From Candidatus Bathyarchaeia archaeon (GTDB lineage: Archaea; Thermoproteota; Bathyarchaeia; Bathyarchaeales; Bathycorpusculaceae), in assembly GCA_050010755.1 (NCBI GenBank), contig JBEKKK010000001.1, positions 1 to 64,000 of the forward strand: a stretch of 64,000 nt of DNA, written 5' to 3'. The notes beneath the pieces are model-generated. The model made no database searches, was not told where the DNA came from, and saw nothing but the letters and a program-made list of their open reading frames with translations. A program made the translations under genes and the position numbers. Below, piece by piece: positions 20,068-30,486 of this stretch; position 1 is the first letter of the stretch; each line of letters begins with the position of its first letter.

Positions 20068-20823
20068 TTGGTCAATAAGCTTGTTATTGGAAGTCTCTTG
20101 GCGTTAATTCTTGGTCTTTCAGTCGGGATGCCCGTTCTGTTCAAAACAGTCACTTTTGGAAAGCCACCTAAAATCTATGCCGACATCGTCTACGCCTACT
20201 TCTCACTCTTACCCTCCAACCAGAGCGTTCCGGGACTGCAGCAGGAGCAACTTCTCTCGTTCCTGTTCATTTTGAACGTGACTAACCTCTCAAACGAGGT
20301 TGTAGCTATAACACAGGCTCAAGCGGCGGCCGCTCCACATATGGAATTCCTTCCCACCACGAGCAAGGGAAAACAGGTCATCGCCAACGTAACAATCAGC
20401 AATATTTATCCAGGTGAAAACGTGTCGTCCAACGTTGAATGGAACAATGCCACACAAGTACGCTATGAAGACAATGGAAGCATAGCCTATGGATTCACCG
20501 ATGCCATAGCAACAAGCTCAGAAAACTATGAAGGCAACGAGTACTACTGGAGCGAGAACGCCTCCAGGCTCCTGATTCTTTCCGGCATCCTCGAGCTTCC
20601 CCCGTGGGGCCTTGCCACAATGCAGAACGCAAACATCTTCCTGTTTTCCCACGTGGCCGGAGAAGCCATCTCCAACAGCGTCGCAGCCTACGGAGCATAC
20701 GTGATAAAGGGAGTGCAACTGGAAAACTTCGGAGACCGCGAGTTCATTTTCAACGAATTATTCAACGCTAACGAGACCCTGCATTTCGATCCAACCGGAG
20801 TGCCCATCGTCTCGGGGACCTAA
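20068..20823 (+). CDS. Secreted or membrane-anchored hypothetical protein
   Basis: N-terminal TM and many N-glycosylation sequons; distant paralog of 19164-19862. Confidence 0.78.
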   Translation: MVNKLVIGSLLALILGLSVGMPVLFKTVTFGKPPKIYADIVYAYFSLLPSNQSVPGLQQEQLLSFLFILNVTNLSNEVVAITQAQAAAAPHMEFLPTTSKGKQVIANVTISNIYPGENVSSNVEWNNATQVRYEDNGSIAYGFTDAIATSSENYEGNEYYWSENASRLLILSGILELPPWGLATMQNANIFLFSHVAGEAISNSVAAYGAYVIKGVQLENFGDREFIFNELFNANETLHFDPTGVPIVSGT

Positions 20824-20826
20824 GCC

Positions 20827-21267
20827 TTGGACGCCGAGGAGATTGAAGGCACCACTTTCAAAGTGTACCTTTACCTCGTGAAGGAAGCAAAGCCCTCAGG
20901 CCCCAGAGATGTCATGCGAGGAACAGACCTAAGCAGCCCCAGCGTGGCTTACAGGCACCTGCAGAAACTCGAAGACCTGGGTTTGATACAGAAGAACAAT
21001 TACGGACAGTACATCGTGAAGGAGAAACAGACGTTCAAGGGCTATTTCTGGATCGGCCGAAACCTCATGCCCCGACTAGTGTTCTACTCCTTCTTCTTTC
21101 TCGGCCTATGCGTAATTGGGATCGCTACAGTCGTGGCGCGCGTGATAATGCAGGAGGGGATTCAGCTCGAACTTCTGTTCTTGACATTTGCGACTGGCGC
21201 TTCATCAATTCTATTCATGGCTGAAGGAATCGCGTTACTCAGAAAGTTGAAGGAAAAGAACTCATAG
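20827..21267 (+). CDS. Membrane-anchored winged-helix regulator
   Basis: GPRDVMR..LSSPSVAYRHLQKL..GL HTH followed by two TM helices. Confidence 0.82.
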   Translation: MDAEEIEGTTFKVYLYLVKEAKPSGPRDVMRGTDLSSPSVAYRHLQKLEDLGLIQKNNYGQYIVKEKQTFKGYFWIGRNLMPRLVFYSFFFLGLCVIGIATVVARVIMQEGIQLELLFLTFATGASSILFMAEGIALLRKLKEKNS

Positions 21268-21348
21268 CTCGAATCTGAAACGAAACTTTTCAGCAGGACT
21301 GTTCGATGTAAGCTACGCTTTAAAGAGACAACTTCATTCAGAAGAAAG

Positions 21349-22170
21349 ATGAAGAAGGAGATCAAATTAATCAACAACAACGATGTCAAATGGATTCGGC
21401 TTGAACATGGTCGCCGTCTTAGCTATGCGGAGTATGGAGAACCTGCCGGCAAGCCGATCTTTCATTTTCATGGCTATCCAGGATCTCGACTTGAAGGAAA
21501 AATCATTAGCGCAACCGCAGCAAGATGCGGCGTCCGCCTCATCGCCGTGGATAGACCGGGAATGGGTCTTTCCGATTTCAAACCAGAACGAACAATACTT
21601 GATTGGCCAGATGAAGTCGCCGAGCTTGCTGACTTCCTGAAAATTGATAGATTTGCCGTCGAGGGAATATCGGGAGGCGGACCATACTCAGCAGCCTGCG
21701 CCTACAAGATTCCAGACCAGCTGACCAGCGCCGGTATCCTGAGCGGTGTAGGTCCATTTTGGGATGCTGGCGAACCCTGGGCTAAACCCAGTGACATGAA
21801 GAGTGTAAAGGATTTTTGGTTACAGTTTTCAACGAATATGCCCGAACCTGACAGGAAAATAATACTCGATCCAACAACGCTGAACCTCCTAACCGAGGAA
21901 ATGTATGAAGCATTCCGGAAAGGAGCCGAAGGACCAGCCTACGAACGAGAATTATACGGAAAAGACTGGGGCTTCAAACTTGAAGACATCTCTCCAAATG
22001 TCAAAGTCTATCTCTGGCACGGAGAACAAGACGTTAACGTTCCCATCTCAATGGGTCGCAGGGTGGCAGAGACCATTCCAAATTGCAAAGCACAGTTCTA
22101 CGCCGAAGAAGGCCACTATTCAACGGCATTGAACCACCTGGAAGACATCCTCAGAACACTGACCTCCTGA
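21349..22170 (+). CDS. Alpha/beta hydrolase
   Basis: FHGYPGSR, DRPGMG, GISGGG nucleophile, HGEQD and EGH. Confidence 0.92.
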   Translation: MKKEIKLINNNDVKWIRLEHGRRLSYAEYGEPAGKPIFHFHGYPGSRLEGKIISATAARCGVRLIAVDRPGMGLSDFKPERTILDWPDEVAELADFLKIDRFAVEGISGGGPYSAACAYKIPDQLTSAGILSGVGPFWDAGEPWAKPSDMKSVKDFWLQFSTNMPEPDRKIILDPTTLNLLTEEMYEAFRKGAEGPAYERELYGKDWGFKLEDISPNVKVYLWHGEQDVNVPISMGRRVAETIPNCKAQFYAEEGHYSTALNHLEDILRTLTS

Positions 22171-22489
22171 GGCTAGCGCACGCGCGAAACTCAGAAGCGT
22201 CCGCTATTTGCCAACTTTGTCCTCGTGTTTTTTCTTCTTTGCTTTATTCTTTTTTTCCATTGAAGGCATACGACAACCCCAATACCCACAATTATAATCA
22301 ATGATATTACCCAATCCAAGTCTTAAGACTTTTCATGCTTCAATCTAGTGAAGTCAGAAAAGAGGGTCTGCGAGAGAAATCACAACTAATTTGGTGCGCG
22401 CGTCCCTTCTCTTACTCAACGTTATTGACACTAGCAAATAAAATGATGGCGCGGAAAAGCTTTAGCTTGATTCAGAACATTTCGTTGAC

Positions 22490-22984
22490 ATGGACTATCA
22501 TATTCGAAAGGCAAAGAGTAAGGATAAGGAGCAGATAGTCTCGATTTTCAACTATTATGTAGAAAACAGCTATGCCGCCTATCCTGAACACAAAGCCGAT
22601 CTGGACTTTTTTGACAAATTGACAGAGCTTGCCACAGGCTACCCATTATACGTGATTGACACTACCGAAGGGGAAGCAGTGGGTTTCGGGCTGATGAGAC
22701 CCTACCACAATTCTGAAACGTTTAGACGCACGGCAAAACTAACTTACTTCATCCATCCGGCCCACACAAGAAAAGGACTCGGCACAAGACTCCTGAACGC
22801 TCTCACAGAGAAAGCAAAACAAATGGACATAAACACCGTGCTTGCCGACATATCTTCAAAAAACCCTGCGAGCATAGATTTCCACAAAAAGAACGGATTC
22901 CAAGAATGCGGAAGATTCAAACGCGTCGGAAAAAAGTTCGGAAAAGACTTCGACGTAATCTGGATGCAGAAATTCATAAAGTGA
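22490..22984 (+). CDS. GNAT acetyltransferase (YncA/phosphinothricin acetyltransferase-like)
   Basis: IFNYYV, RKGLG, N.AS..FH.K.GF and GKKFG motifs. Confidence 0.9.
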   Translation: MDYHIRKAKSKDKEQIVSIFNYYVENSYAAYPEHKADLDFFDKLTELATGYPLYVIDTTEGEAVGFGLMRPYHNSETFRRTAKLTYFIHPAHTRKGLGTRLLNALTEKAKQMDINTVLADISSKNPASIDFHKKNGFQECGRFKRVGKKFGKDFDVIWMQKFIK

Positions 22985-23080
22985 CAAAATCGTTGATCTC
23001 CACGCGCTGTGCCTCACAAACGTTACGCTGATTTTCAAGGGCCATTCGCGTTACCGACGACAGGTTCTTCTTCCCGCATT

Positions 23081-23791
23081 TCAACCGGTTGAAGTGACAT
23101 TGATGAAAGTCTCAGCCCAAAATGGAGCTAGGTAATTGTTCAAGTCAGGGTAGAAACTGACGTCCGGTATGAAGGCGTCTACAAGGTAAGTGCCCGGTTT
23201 AACAAGCAGAGAAGATTCTGGATGAATGAGTGTCTGGTTCCAAACCACCGTTCTCGTCAGGCTTTGTCCTGGGGAAAATGTGAGCGTCGTTAGACTCTGG
23301 TTAACAAACGCTGTAAACCACATTTGCATATCGACAATTGGTTCCGGGATGCCGTCCTCATAATACGTGCTCCACACTTCGACTATGATGGAAGGATCTA
23401 CGATAGTAGAGAAAGAATGAGATATGTACCCCAGGTTAGTCACAGTCACCGTGATGTGGACCCCCTCGGCCGGGGCGTAAACAGACTTGCCCGTAGAGAC
23501 TGTGAAAGACCACTTCGGCGTATCAATAACATACACCGCGTGGGTGACTCCCGAAGACGCGATTATCAAACCGAAAACGAGAACAAGTAACTTTCTCCAG
23601 CTCAGCTTTTGATTACTCACCAGATAATCGAAAGCAATAGCGAAAGCAAAAACCCAACCAAACACAAGTACAGGATACATCAAAAAGTACTGCATCCTCT
23701 CGTAAACCGTCACCGCGAGACTTGCAGCCGTCAAGATGCAGACATAAGCACTAAACGCTAGAAGATAGAGTCTGAAGCCCATTCCCGTCAC
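23081..23791 (-). CDS. Membrane protein with C-terminal Ig-like (BsuPI-like) domain
   Basis: Three TM segments, then T.KSVY..E.V.ITVTVTN..W.Q..PGTY. Confidence 0.72.
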   Translation of the reverse strand: MTGMGFRLYLLAFSAYVCILTAASLAVTVYERMQYFLMYPVLVFGWVFAFAIAFDYLVSNQKLSWRKLLVLVFGLIIASSGVTHAVYVIDTPKWSFTVSTGKSVYAPAEGVHITVTVTNLGYISHSFSTIVDPSIIVEVWSTYYEDGIPEPIVDMQMWFTAFVNQSLTTLTFSPGQSLTRTVVWNQTLIHPESSLLVKPGTYLVDAFIPDVSFYPDLNNYLAPFWAETFINVTSTG

Positions 23792-23943
23792 TCCTTCAGA
23801 GGGCCTCTATGCAAATTTAAACCTTTAGCGCACGCAGATTTTGGAGTCGCTTCTTCTTTCCCTTCGCTCTGCAATGCGCGCAATTCTGGCACACATAAGC
23901 TCCGCAAGATTTATACTGCATCCGCATGGAGATATGAGAATCC

Positions 23944-24360
23944 GTGGTAACAATGGAAGGGGAAATGGACAAAGTGGCACGATGGGCTTTCGTAGCCGTT
24001 GTGGTTCTCGCGATTGTCATGGGACTGGCCGTCGGTTACATGGCCAACGTTGCGACTCTGCACATGGCGGATTCCAATGTTAGAAACGCTAATGCATATC
24101 TCACTCTGGTATTGCTGATTCTGGGAATAGTCGTCGGGTTCATCAGCGTGACAGCAAAAGAGGTGACACCGTTTCTCATAGCTGCAATCGCTCTAATAGT
24201 AGCTAGTACGTCAAACGTCTGGGTATTTTTGCAGAACGGCACTTTGAATCTGCTTTATTATTGGGTAGTGGAAATTCTAGTTTATATCGCTGCGTTCACT
24301 GCACCCGCCGCCGTCATAATTGCTGTCAGATCCCTCCTTGCCCTGGAAAAAACGAAGTAA
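23944..24360 (+). CDS. Hypothetical membrane protein
   Basis: Four TM segments; LGIVVGF..E..PFL and APAA motifs; T-rich tract downstream. Confidence 0.78.
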   Translation: MVTMEGEMDKVARWAFVAVVVLAIVMGLAVGYMANVATLHMADSNVRNANAYLTLVLLILGIVVGFISVTAKEVTPFLIAAIALIVASTSNVWVFLQNGTLNLLYYWVVEILVYIAAFTAPAAVIIAVRSLLALEKTK

Positions 24361-24591
24361 GACACTCTTTCTTTCCTTCTTTTTTTTGTTGTCCAATCTC
24401 ACCGAAGGCGCGCTATATTGTAAATGCGTTATATTCTAGAGTCCGATGTTGAACAAATAGCGCGAGCATATCGAATCTCCCCTGACCTTTTTTGGTGCGA
24501 AGTGATAGTATAAATAGCTGCAGGAGGAAAGTAACTATAAGGTAACCTTTGGGAGGCCACCTACTTGTTTCCTCAAAAAAGGGGAACTCTA

Positions 24592-24813
24592 ATGGTAGAC
24601 AAGAACAGGGAGGAAGAGAACATCAAATGGATCTGTCCTTCTTGTGGCCAAAGATACACAACGCCCCCGACAGTACGCACCAAATGTCAAAACTGCGGAA
24701 GAACATTCTACACCGAAGGAATTAACGTCGAAAACGGAGAATCCCGAAAGCTTCAAACCGAAATACAAAGACGCAGACGAAGAGAAGTAGAAGCAGACAA
24801 AGAACACGAATGA
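24592..24813 (+). CDS. Small zinc-ribbon protein
   Basis: CPSCG..CQNCG; TATA box at about 24508. Confidence 0.65.
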   Translation: MVDKNREEENIKWICPSCGQRYTTPPTVRTKCQNCGRTFYTEGINVENGESRKLQTEIQRRRRREVEADKEHE

Positions 24814-25031
24814 AACTAACGTTCCACGTGTGCATAATAAACAACTGCAATTACCAGGCAAACAGAAGAACAGTCGCTATGATCCTTACGCGAGCAAAGC
24901 TGATTCCGCTGAAGCCTCCGGTTGAAACCGGCGAAAATCCTGTTGACACTACTGGCAACACTGATAACTATAAAACGTTTAAGTTCATAAAACTGCGTAA
25001 ATAGCTTATCGCCGCGGAGGGTTTCGATAAA

Positions 25032-25265
25032 ATGAAGCTGAACGCGTTTATCCTGATCAACGTGAACCTGGGCTGCGAAATTCAAGTCTTGAAAGCTCTA
25101 AGGGACGTTCAAGGTTTTGAAGAAGTCTTCTACGTTTTTGGGGACTACGACATGATAGCAAAGGTAACCGCCAACACGATGGAAGAACTCAACCAAACCG
25201 TATCTCAAGTAAGAAAACTCGCAAACATCAAGTCAACATCCACAATAATTTCACGCGATCTGTAA
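25032..25265 (+). CDS. Stand-alone Lrp/AsnC ligand-binding (RAM) domain protein
   Basis: AFILIN..V..VFGDYD.IAKV..IKSTST. Confidence 0.88.
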   Translation: MKLNAFILINVNLGCEIQVLKALRDVQGFEEVFYVFGDYDMIAKVTANTMEELNQTVSQVRKLANIKSTSTIISRDL

Positions 25266-25282
25266 GGCAAGCGCGCGCTAGG

Positions 25283-27166
25283 TCAGGGGAGGTGTTGCCC
25301 GAAGTTTCTAGCAATTAACGCGACGTCTTTCAAGTCGACCTTGCCGTCACCGTTCACGTCTGCGAACTGGTTCCAGTTTGGACCGCTCGGAGCAGAACCG
25401 AAGGCCCGTACCGCCAGCGCCAAATCTCTAAGATCGACTCTTCCGTCGCCGTTCACGTCGCCCATAAGTTTGATTGTGATGTTCCCGTCCGAGAGCGCGT
25501 TCGAACCCGTAGGTATTGTCGCCACCGCCGTCAGCGTGTAATTTTGGCAAGGGACGCCTGTTGTGTCCCACGTGAATGTGAATGTCAGGCTCTGTCCCAC
25601 CTCCAAGGTTAGTGGGTATGTGTTTATGCTCTTGCCGGCTTTCAAGTCATAGTACAGGGTGACTGACACGGCGGATTCGTTGAAATCTCCGACGTTCTTG
25701 ACCGTGACGTTGATCGTGAGTGTACCCCCCTGATAGACCCATGCAGCGTTGGCTGTTATGTTCGTCACTATAACTTCGTGAGTCACGTAATCGCCCGTCA
25801 CGCTTCCTGGTGCAGCCACGGTGATTGAACCTGTCTGCAGGGTTGACAAGCCTGTTGTCGAGTTCCAGAAATACTGTTCGCCACTGCTCACAACGACCGA
25901 GGGGGCATAGGAGTAACTGTGCACTGAACCTGTCCCCCACCAGAAAGACAATGGGAGGCAACCCGCAGTGTAGTTTAGGCCGTCTATGGTGACTACTGTG
26001 CCGTTGCAGTTGCTTCCAAGGCCTGTTTGATCGAAGGTGATCTGGCTGTTACCAGGCTGCATCAAGGGATAGTGATCTGTGTTGTTCGCGTCAACCACGT
26101 ATTGTGTGTCGCCTATTCCGTCGCTTCCAGTAATATTTTGATAGGGACCATGGTACGAGTCTGTTCCGCCGTAGTTGCTCCAATAGTTTCCGCCTGAGGG
26201 ATAGCCATTATCCCAAAAATTCACGCATGCGCCCAAGTTAACGTCAAAGTCAATAACCTGCACTTGATTATCAATGAAAGAGTTATGATATATCGAGTTG
26301 TTACTCGAACTTAATCTCTGAACCAGTCCATACTTGTTATTCGACACGTTATTTTCGACTATTTCGTTTGAATCAGCGAAATTGGCAACAACAATACCAC
26401 CGTTCCACAAGCCCTTACCCCAGCCGTTGTTTGTTATGTCATTCTGGGCAACTGTGTTGTTTGTACAGAAATCACCCACGATAATCCCGTAATCTACACA
26501 ATCGTTTACCTCATTTCCCACTATTGTGTTATTGCTGGCGAAACTAAAAAGGAAAATTCCTCCAGTGTCTGCACTGACTGTTTCTTGGACAACATTTGAT
26601 GTCACTGTATTATTACTTGATCCAATAATAACAATGCTGCAATCGGTGCTGCCATTGAAGAAACAGTTCGAAACTGTGTTGCCGTCTGCTTCCAGAGCAA
26701 CGCCGTCTTCATCACTTATGAATTTGTTGCCGGATATCAAACAGCCAGATCCACATACCCAGCATCCAATTGATCCGTATTGAAACGTGAACCCTTCAAT
26801 AGTGACATTGTCCGCGTTGATTCTGATAATATGATTGGCAGGCTGAGGCATTGGATGCGGGTACGGGAACCAGTAAACATCTGAGATTATGGTGGTTTCT
26901 TTATCCTGCCCTATGAGTGAGATGCTTTTATTAATCTGTATGTCGGGCACACCAATTTGGTAATTCACCTGTTGATACACTCCCGATTTAACGTAGACCG
27001 TATCTCCATCCTTTGCCGCGTTTATGGCCGCTTGAATGGTCGGATAATCGTCGGGAACTATGATGGTCGCAGGCTGAGCCTTAACTGGTTGAATCCTGAA
27101 CGTCAACGTTAACATGCCTATTAACAACAATGCCATCAATATTCCAGAAAATATCCTATCGGGCAT
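25283..27166 (-). CDS. Cell-surface protein: NosD/CASH beta-helix, CARDB and dockerin domains
   Basis: Signal peptide, VPDDYPTIQAAI, WDNGYPSGGNYWS, INVTVKNVG and two GDVNGDG.VD..D repeats. Confidence 0.9.
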   Translation of the reverse strand: MPDRIFSGILMALLLIGMLTLTFRIQPVKAQPATIIVPDDYPTIQAAINAAKDGDTVYVKSGVYQQVNYQIGVPDIQINKSISLIGQDKETTIISDVYWFPYPHPMPQPANHIIRINADNVTIEGFTFQYGSIGCWVCGSGCLISGNKFISDEDGVALEADGNTVSNCFFNGSTDCSIVIIGSSNNTVTSNVVQETVSADTGGIFLFSFASNNTIVGNEVNDCVDYGIIVGDFCTNNTVAQNDITNNGWGKGLWNGGIVVANFADSNEIVENNVSNNKYGLVQRLSSSNNSIYHNSFIDNQVQVIDFDVNLGACVNFWDNGYPSGGNYWSNYGGTDSYHGPYQNITGSDGIGDTQYVVDANNTDHYPLMQPGNSQITFDQTGLGSNCNGTVVTIDGLNYTAGCLPLSFWWGTGSVHSYSYAPSVVVSSGEQYFWNSTTGLSTLQTGSITVAAPGSVTGDYVTHEVIVTNITANAAWVYQGGTLTINVTVKNVGDFNESAVSVTLYYDLKAGKSINTYPLTLEVGQSLTFTFTWDTTGVPCQNYTLTAVATIPTGSNALSDGNITIKLMGDVNGDGRVDLRDLALAVRAFGSAPSGPNWNQFADVNGDGKVDLKDVALIARNFGQHLP

Positions 27167-27447
27167 TTGTCCTTTCCCCTTTCAACAATTAAGAAGAGAC
27201 AATCAATCAATTAACACTTGCGGTACGCTCTTCTGTTACATATGCAGCACGCCGCGACGCGATAACCGCTTCACGGATCGCGATGATGATATTCTCTCAT
27301 TCCGAATTCTCCGAAACATCTCGCCGAACAAAAAAGAGTCATGACAAAACCACAGTGCGCGCGCTGGGATTTCGAACCTGTTGCAGCCAGGGCACAGTCA
27401 CACACTCTTAAATACGGCCTTGGCAACCCCTTTTCAGGTGAAAAAAT

Positions 27448-27876
27448 ATGGTATTAGGAGAAAAACTCTGGGAAGGCAAAGCCAAAAGTGCGGGACCAGG
27501 CTTCATAAAATGCGTTGGAATGGAAGGCGTTACATCTGAGTATTCATGGTCGGCTCAAATGAAGGGAATGGGACGAGCCAAAGGCGCAGACATAAACATC
27601 CACGTGACAGCAAAGAGCAAAATGCCCCCGAAAGGCGTAGGCGGAGCAAAAGACCAAGGAGTATTCATGACAATGACCGGCGACATGGGCATACTCAAAG
27701 GCTTCGACCTAATGAAAACGAGCATGAGCCCCAAGCCAACAGCCGTCGGCTTATATAAATTCATGACGATGTCCGAGAAACTAGGCTGGATGAACGACCT
27801 CATAGCCCTCATCACCTTCGAAGCACAGGACCCCATGTGGGAAACGTCCAACCTTACCATCTACGAGTGGAAATAA
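27448..27876 (+). CDS. Conserved hypothetical protein
   Basis: TATA (TTAAATA), RBS AGGTGA, clean ORF and T-rich terminator-like tract. Confidence 0.8.
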   Translation: MVLGEKLWEGKAKSAGPGFIKCVGMEGVTSEYSWSAQMKGMGRAKGADINIHVTAKSKMPPKGVGGAKDQGVFMTMTGDMGILKGFDLMKTSMSPKPTAVGLYKFMTMSEKLGWMNDLIALITFEAQDPMWETSNLTIYEWK

Positions 27877-27964
27877 AAACCGACCCGAAACACGATACCT
27901 CCGTTTCGCCCTCCCCATTTTCTTTTTAACCAATCAGTAACAAAACATAAATGGAAGAATTTAT

Positions 27965-28423
27965 GTGCAAAAAATCATCACATTCCTGTGGTTCGACAAT
28001 CAAGCCGAAGAAGCAGCAAGATTTTACGCCTCCAACTTCAAGAATTCAAGGATCCTGAGCACGTTGCCAGGACCAGGTGGAAAACCCATGTCAGTGACAT
28101 TCGAGCTTGACGGACAAAAGTTCACAGCGCTAAACGGTGGGCCACAGTTCAAATTCACAGAGGCCATATCGCTCTTCGTCAACTGTAAGTCACAAGAAGA
28201 AGTCGACAACTTCTGGGAGAAACTTTCCATAGGCGGAGAAAAAGGAAAATGCGGCTGGCTCAAAGACAAGTACGGCTTATCGTGGCAGATCGTCCCCACG
28301 ATTCTAGGTGAGATGCTGGCCGACAAGGATCCTGAAAGAGCCAACAGAGTAATGCAAGCAATGCTCAAAATGGCCAAAATCGACATCAAACAACTAAAAC
28401 AAGCATACGAGCAACCAACCTAA
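27965..28423 (+). CDS. VOC/PhnB-family (3-demethylubiquinone-9 3-methyltransferase domain) protein
   Basis: QKI.TFLWFD.QAEEAA, ALNGGP and [14 protein letters not shown]. Confidence 0.93.
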   Translation: MQKIITFLWFDNQAEEAARFYASNFKNSRILSTLPGPGGKPMSVTFELDGQKFTALNGGPQFKFTEAISLFVNCKSQEEVDNFWEKLSIGGEKGKCGWLKDKYGLSWQIVPTILGEMLADKDPERANRVMQAMLKMAKIDIKQLKQAYEQPT

Positions 28424-28529
28424 ATCTTGCACGCACTTACAGAAAAAACGTATCGTCGCGCACGCCATTATGAATTTGCTCCACATGCCCTTGAAAGTGG
28501 TCTCTTGAAGTGGATTCTCGCAATGGGGG

Positions 28530-29225
28530 CTACTGCAATGCTATCTTGATTAACTCTATCGAGAAAGGTTTTCCATGTCCAGGATAAACAGTCGTTGCCC
28601 CAAGTTCGATCAGGTGTCGCCAGCTTTCTTTCACTTTTTCGATGTTGTCAGCCAAGATAGGCAGTCCAGGACTGCGCCTGAGAGGGAGTCTGTTCATGGC
28701 GAGGTCTCCCACAAATGCTTCTCCTGAATCTAAGAGCACGCTGATTGATCCCATCGTGTGGCCAGGGGTGTACACTATCTGTCCAGGAATATCATAGTCT
28801 TTGAGCCGTAGGCCATCGTCTTTGATGATTAACTCGACTTCCGTAGGTTGAACATCGCCTGCAAACGGGGAGGCGAGTCTGCCGAGTTTTGTCATGAACC
28901 AGCCCCATGAACTGCCCTCTGCTGCCCTTACGTTGTGGGTTGCTTTCGAGTCTCCAGTTTCGAGGCATTGTTTGTCAAGTTGATGCATCGCAATCTTGGC
29001 TCCAGTGAGTTCTCTTATGTCTTTGGCCGATCCGATGTGGTCGAAGTGCCCGTGAGTAATGACGATGAGCTTGATTTCCTCAGGTTTCATTGGAATTTTC
29101 CTCATTGCCTTGATGAAATCATCTCTCTTGCCTGGAGGTCCGCCGTCAATCATTATCGTGCCCTTGTCTCGGATTACATAACAATCATTGATGCCGAAAG
29201 AAAAACTGAAGATGGCTGTACTCAT
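28530..29225 (-). CDS. MBL-fold metallo-hydrolase
   Basis: THGHFDH, TPGHT.GS, GD and PGHG. Confidence 0.93.
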   Translation of the reverse strand: MSTAIFSFSFGINDCYVIRDKGTIMIDGGPPGKRDDFIKAMRKIPMKPEEIKLIVITHGHFDHIGSAKDIRELTGAKIAMHQLDKQCLETGDSKATHNVRAAEGSSWGWFMTKLGRLASPFAGDVQPTEVELIIKDDGLRLKDYDIPGQIVYTPGHTMGSISVLLDSGEAFVGDLAMNRLPLRRSPGLPILADNIEKVKESWRHLIELGATTVYPGHGKPFSIELIKIALQ

Positions 29226-29325
29226 TTGAAAACCATCACCAAATTGCCTGCCATTGAGTGTTGCAATCGGACACTTTACAATCATTTATACTTCACAGGG
29301 TTTATACAATTAACGGTAATTTCTC

Positions 29326-29763
29326 ATGTCGGCAAAAGAAATCAAGGCACTTGAGCGTTATTTTCTCGAGGAGGTAAACAAGGGAAAGGCGGCCGCTATG
29401 GCCGTTATGGACGAGACTTGCGCTGCTGACTTAGTCGTTCACAGTAGTGCCGGCAGGGATATCCACGGTCTCAAAAACTTCAAACAGTACTGCAGCAGAC
29501 TCTTCAGCGCCTTTCCCGATAACCATTCCACCCTTGACGACGTGATCGTCGAAGGAGACAAAGCAGTTATTCGCTACACGACTACCGGCACACATAAGGG
29601 CGAATTTATGGGCATTCCCCCTACCAATAAGAAGGTGACGTTTTGGGCGATCGAAATCGACCGATTTTCTGGCGGCAAGTTCGTGGAAATCTGGTCAAGG
29701 TTTGATACGCTAGACCTCATGCAGCAACTCGGAATAGCGCCCACGCCGGAAAAAGGAAAATAA
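29326..29763 (+). CDS. SnoaL-like ester cyclase family protein
   Basis: AFPD..EGDK..GTHKGEFMGIPPT.K..QQLG. Confidence 0.92.
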   Translation: MSAKEIKALERYFLEEVNKGKAAAMAVMDETCAADLVVHSSAGRDIHGLKNFKQYCSRLFSAFPDNHSTLDDVIVEGDKAVIRYTTTGTHKGEFMGIPPTNKKVTFWAIEIDRFSGGKFVEIWSRFDTLDLMQQLGIAPTPEKGK

Positions 29764-29812
29764 CCCCACTGATACCATTACATATTAACCCTCCACATCT
29801 TTAGCTCGCGTG

Positions 29813-30328
29813 CTAATTAGTCGGCAGTTCACCCACAACATTAAGCATTAAGACAACTTCTCCGGGAGCGAGCCATATATCCCTGTAGAAGTCGAAGGTT
29901 CGCCAACCGAAAAGCCGCCAGAGCTCCAGAAAACTCAATCTTCTGAAACCTTGCCTACCAAAAACCGTCAGAGAAGCAACGTTTCTCCTTTGCACCGAAG
30001 CGAAAACAGCCCCGGCCCCGGCATGCTTGACACACTCAACGCCAGCATTCACAAGCGCGGCTGCAATTCCTCTTCGACGAAATTGCGGGTGAACCGCAAC
30101 CCACAATATACAACCGAACCTGCCGCCGCCTACTTGAAACTCGATCAGTTTAACAAACCCAACCGCCACTCCCCCCTGCGTCTGACTCACGAACACTCGT
30201 CCCCCTTCTCGAATACTATGCAGAGCAAAAAAGCGGAGGAACGGCGAAAAAGACAAGTCTATAATTCCCTTAAGCCCACTCGCATCACTCGGAATCATCG
30301 GTCTGATCGTAAACTCGACATTCACCAT
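29813..30328 (-). CDS. GNAT acetyltransferase
   Basis: VAVHPQFRRRGIA and N.AS..F...GF. Confidence 0.88.
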   Translation of the reverse strand: MVNVEFTIRPMIPSDASGLKGIIDLSFSPFLRFFALHSIREGGRVFVSQTQGGVAVGFVKLIEFQVGGGRFGCILWVAVHPQFRRRGIAAALVNAGVECVKHAGAGAVFASVQRRNVASLTVFGRQGFRRLSFLELWRLFGWRTFDFYRDIWLAPGEVVLMLNVVGELPTN

Positions 30329-30436
30329 AGTCCCAATCGCTGAGTTAATAGTTATAGTATTATAAATTGCCTTGGAAACACCTGCCCACTTAGCAAATCT
30401 CCCGTTTGCACATTCTTTCGGCGTAAGGTTAAATAG

Positions 30437-30481
30437 TTAACAATTCTAATTATTAGATATGCAATCTGTTAGAAGGCCTAA
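30437..30481. promoter_or_regulatory. Three tandem imperfect palindromes TTAG-N5-CTAA with 16-bp period (putative MarR operator)
   Basis: TTAAcaattCTAA (30437), TTAGatatgCAAT (30453) and TTAGaaggcCTAA (30469), directly before the marR start. Confidence 0.6.
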
Positions 30482-30486
30482 TTAAA

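Noticed and set aside
24895-24965. Riboswitch-like element (CGCTGAA..CCGGTTGAAACCGG)
   Set aside because: Only one short hairpin; the rest of any known aptamer consensus is missing.
27355-27380. GGGATTTCGAACC as a tRNA-derived att site
   Set aside because: Only a T-loop-like 13-mer with an extra base; it does not match the tRNA-Phe or tRNA-Val 3' ends.
7100-30400. Classical integron cassette array (attC sites)
   Set aside because: Genes are in mixed orientation, many with their own TATA boxes. I saw no repeated RYYYAAC..GTTRRRY hairpins and no IntI gene.
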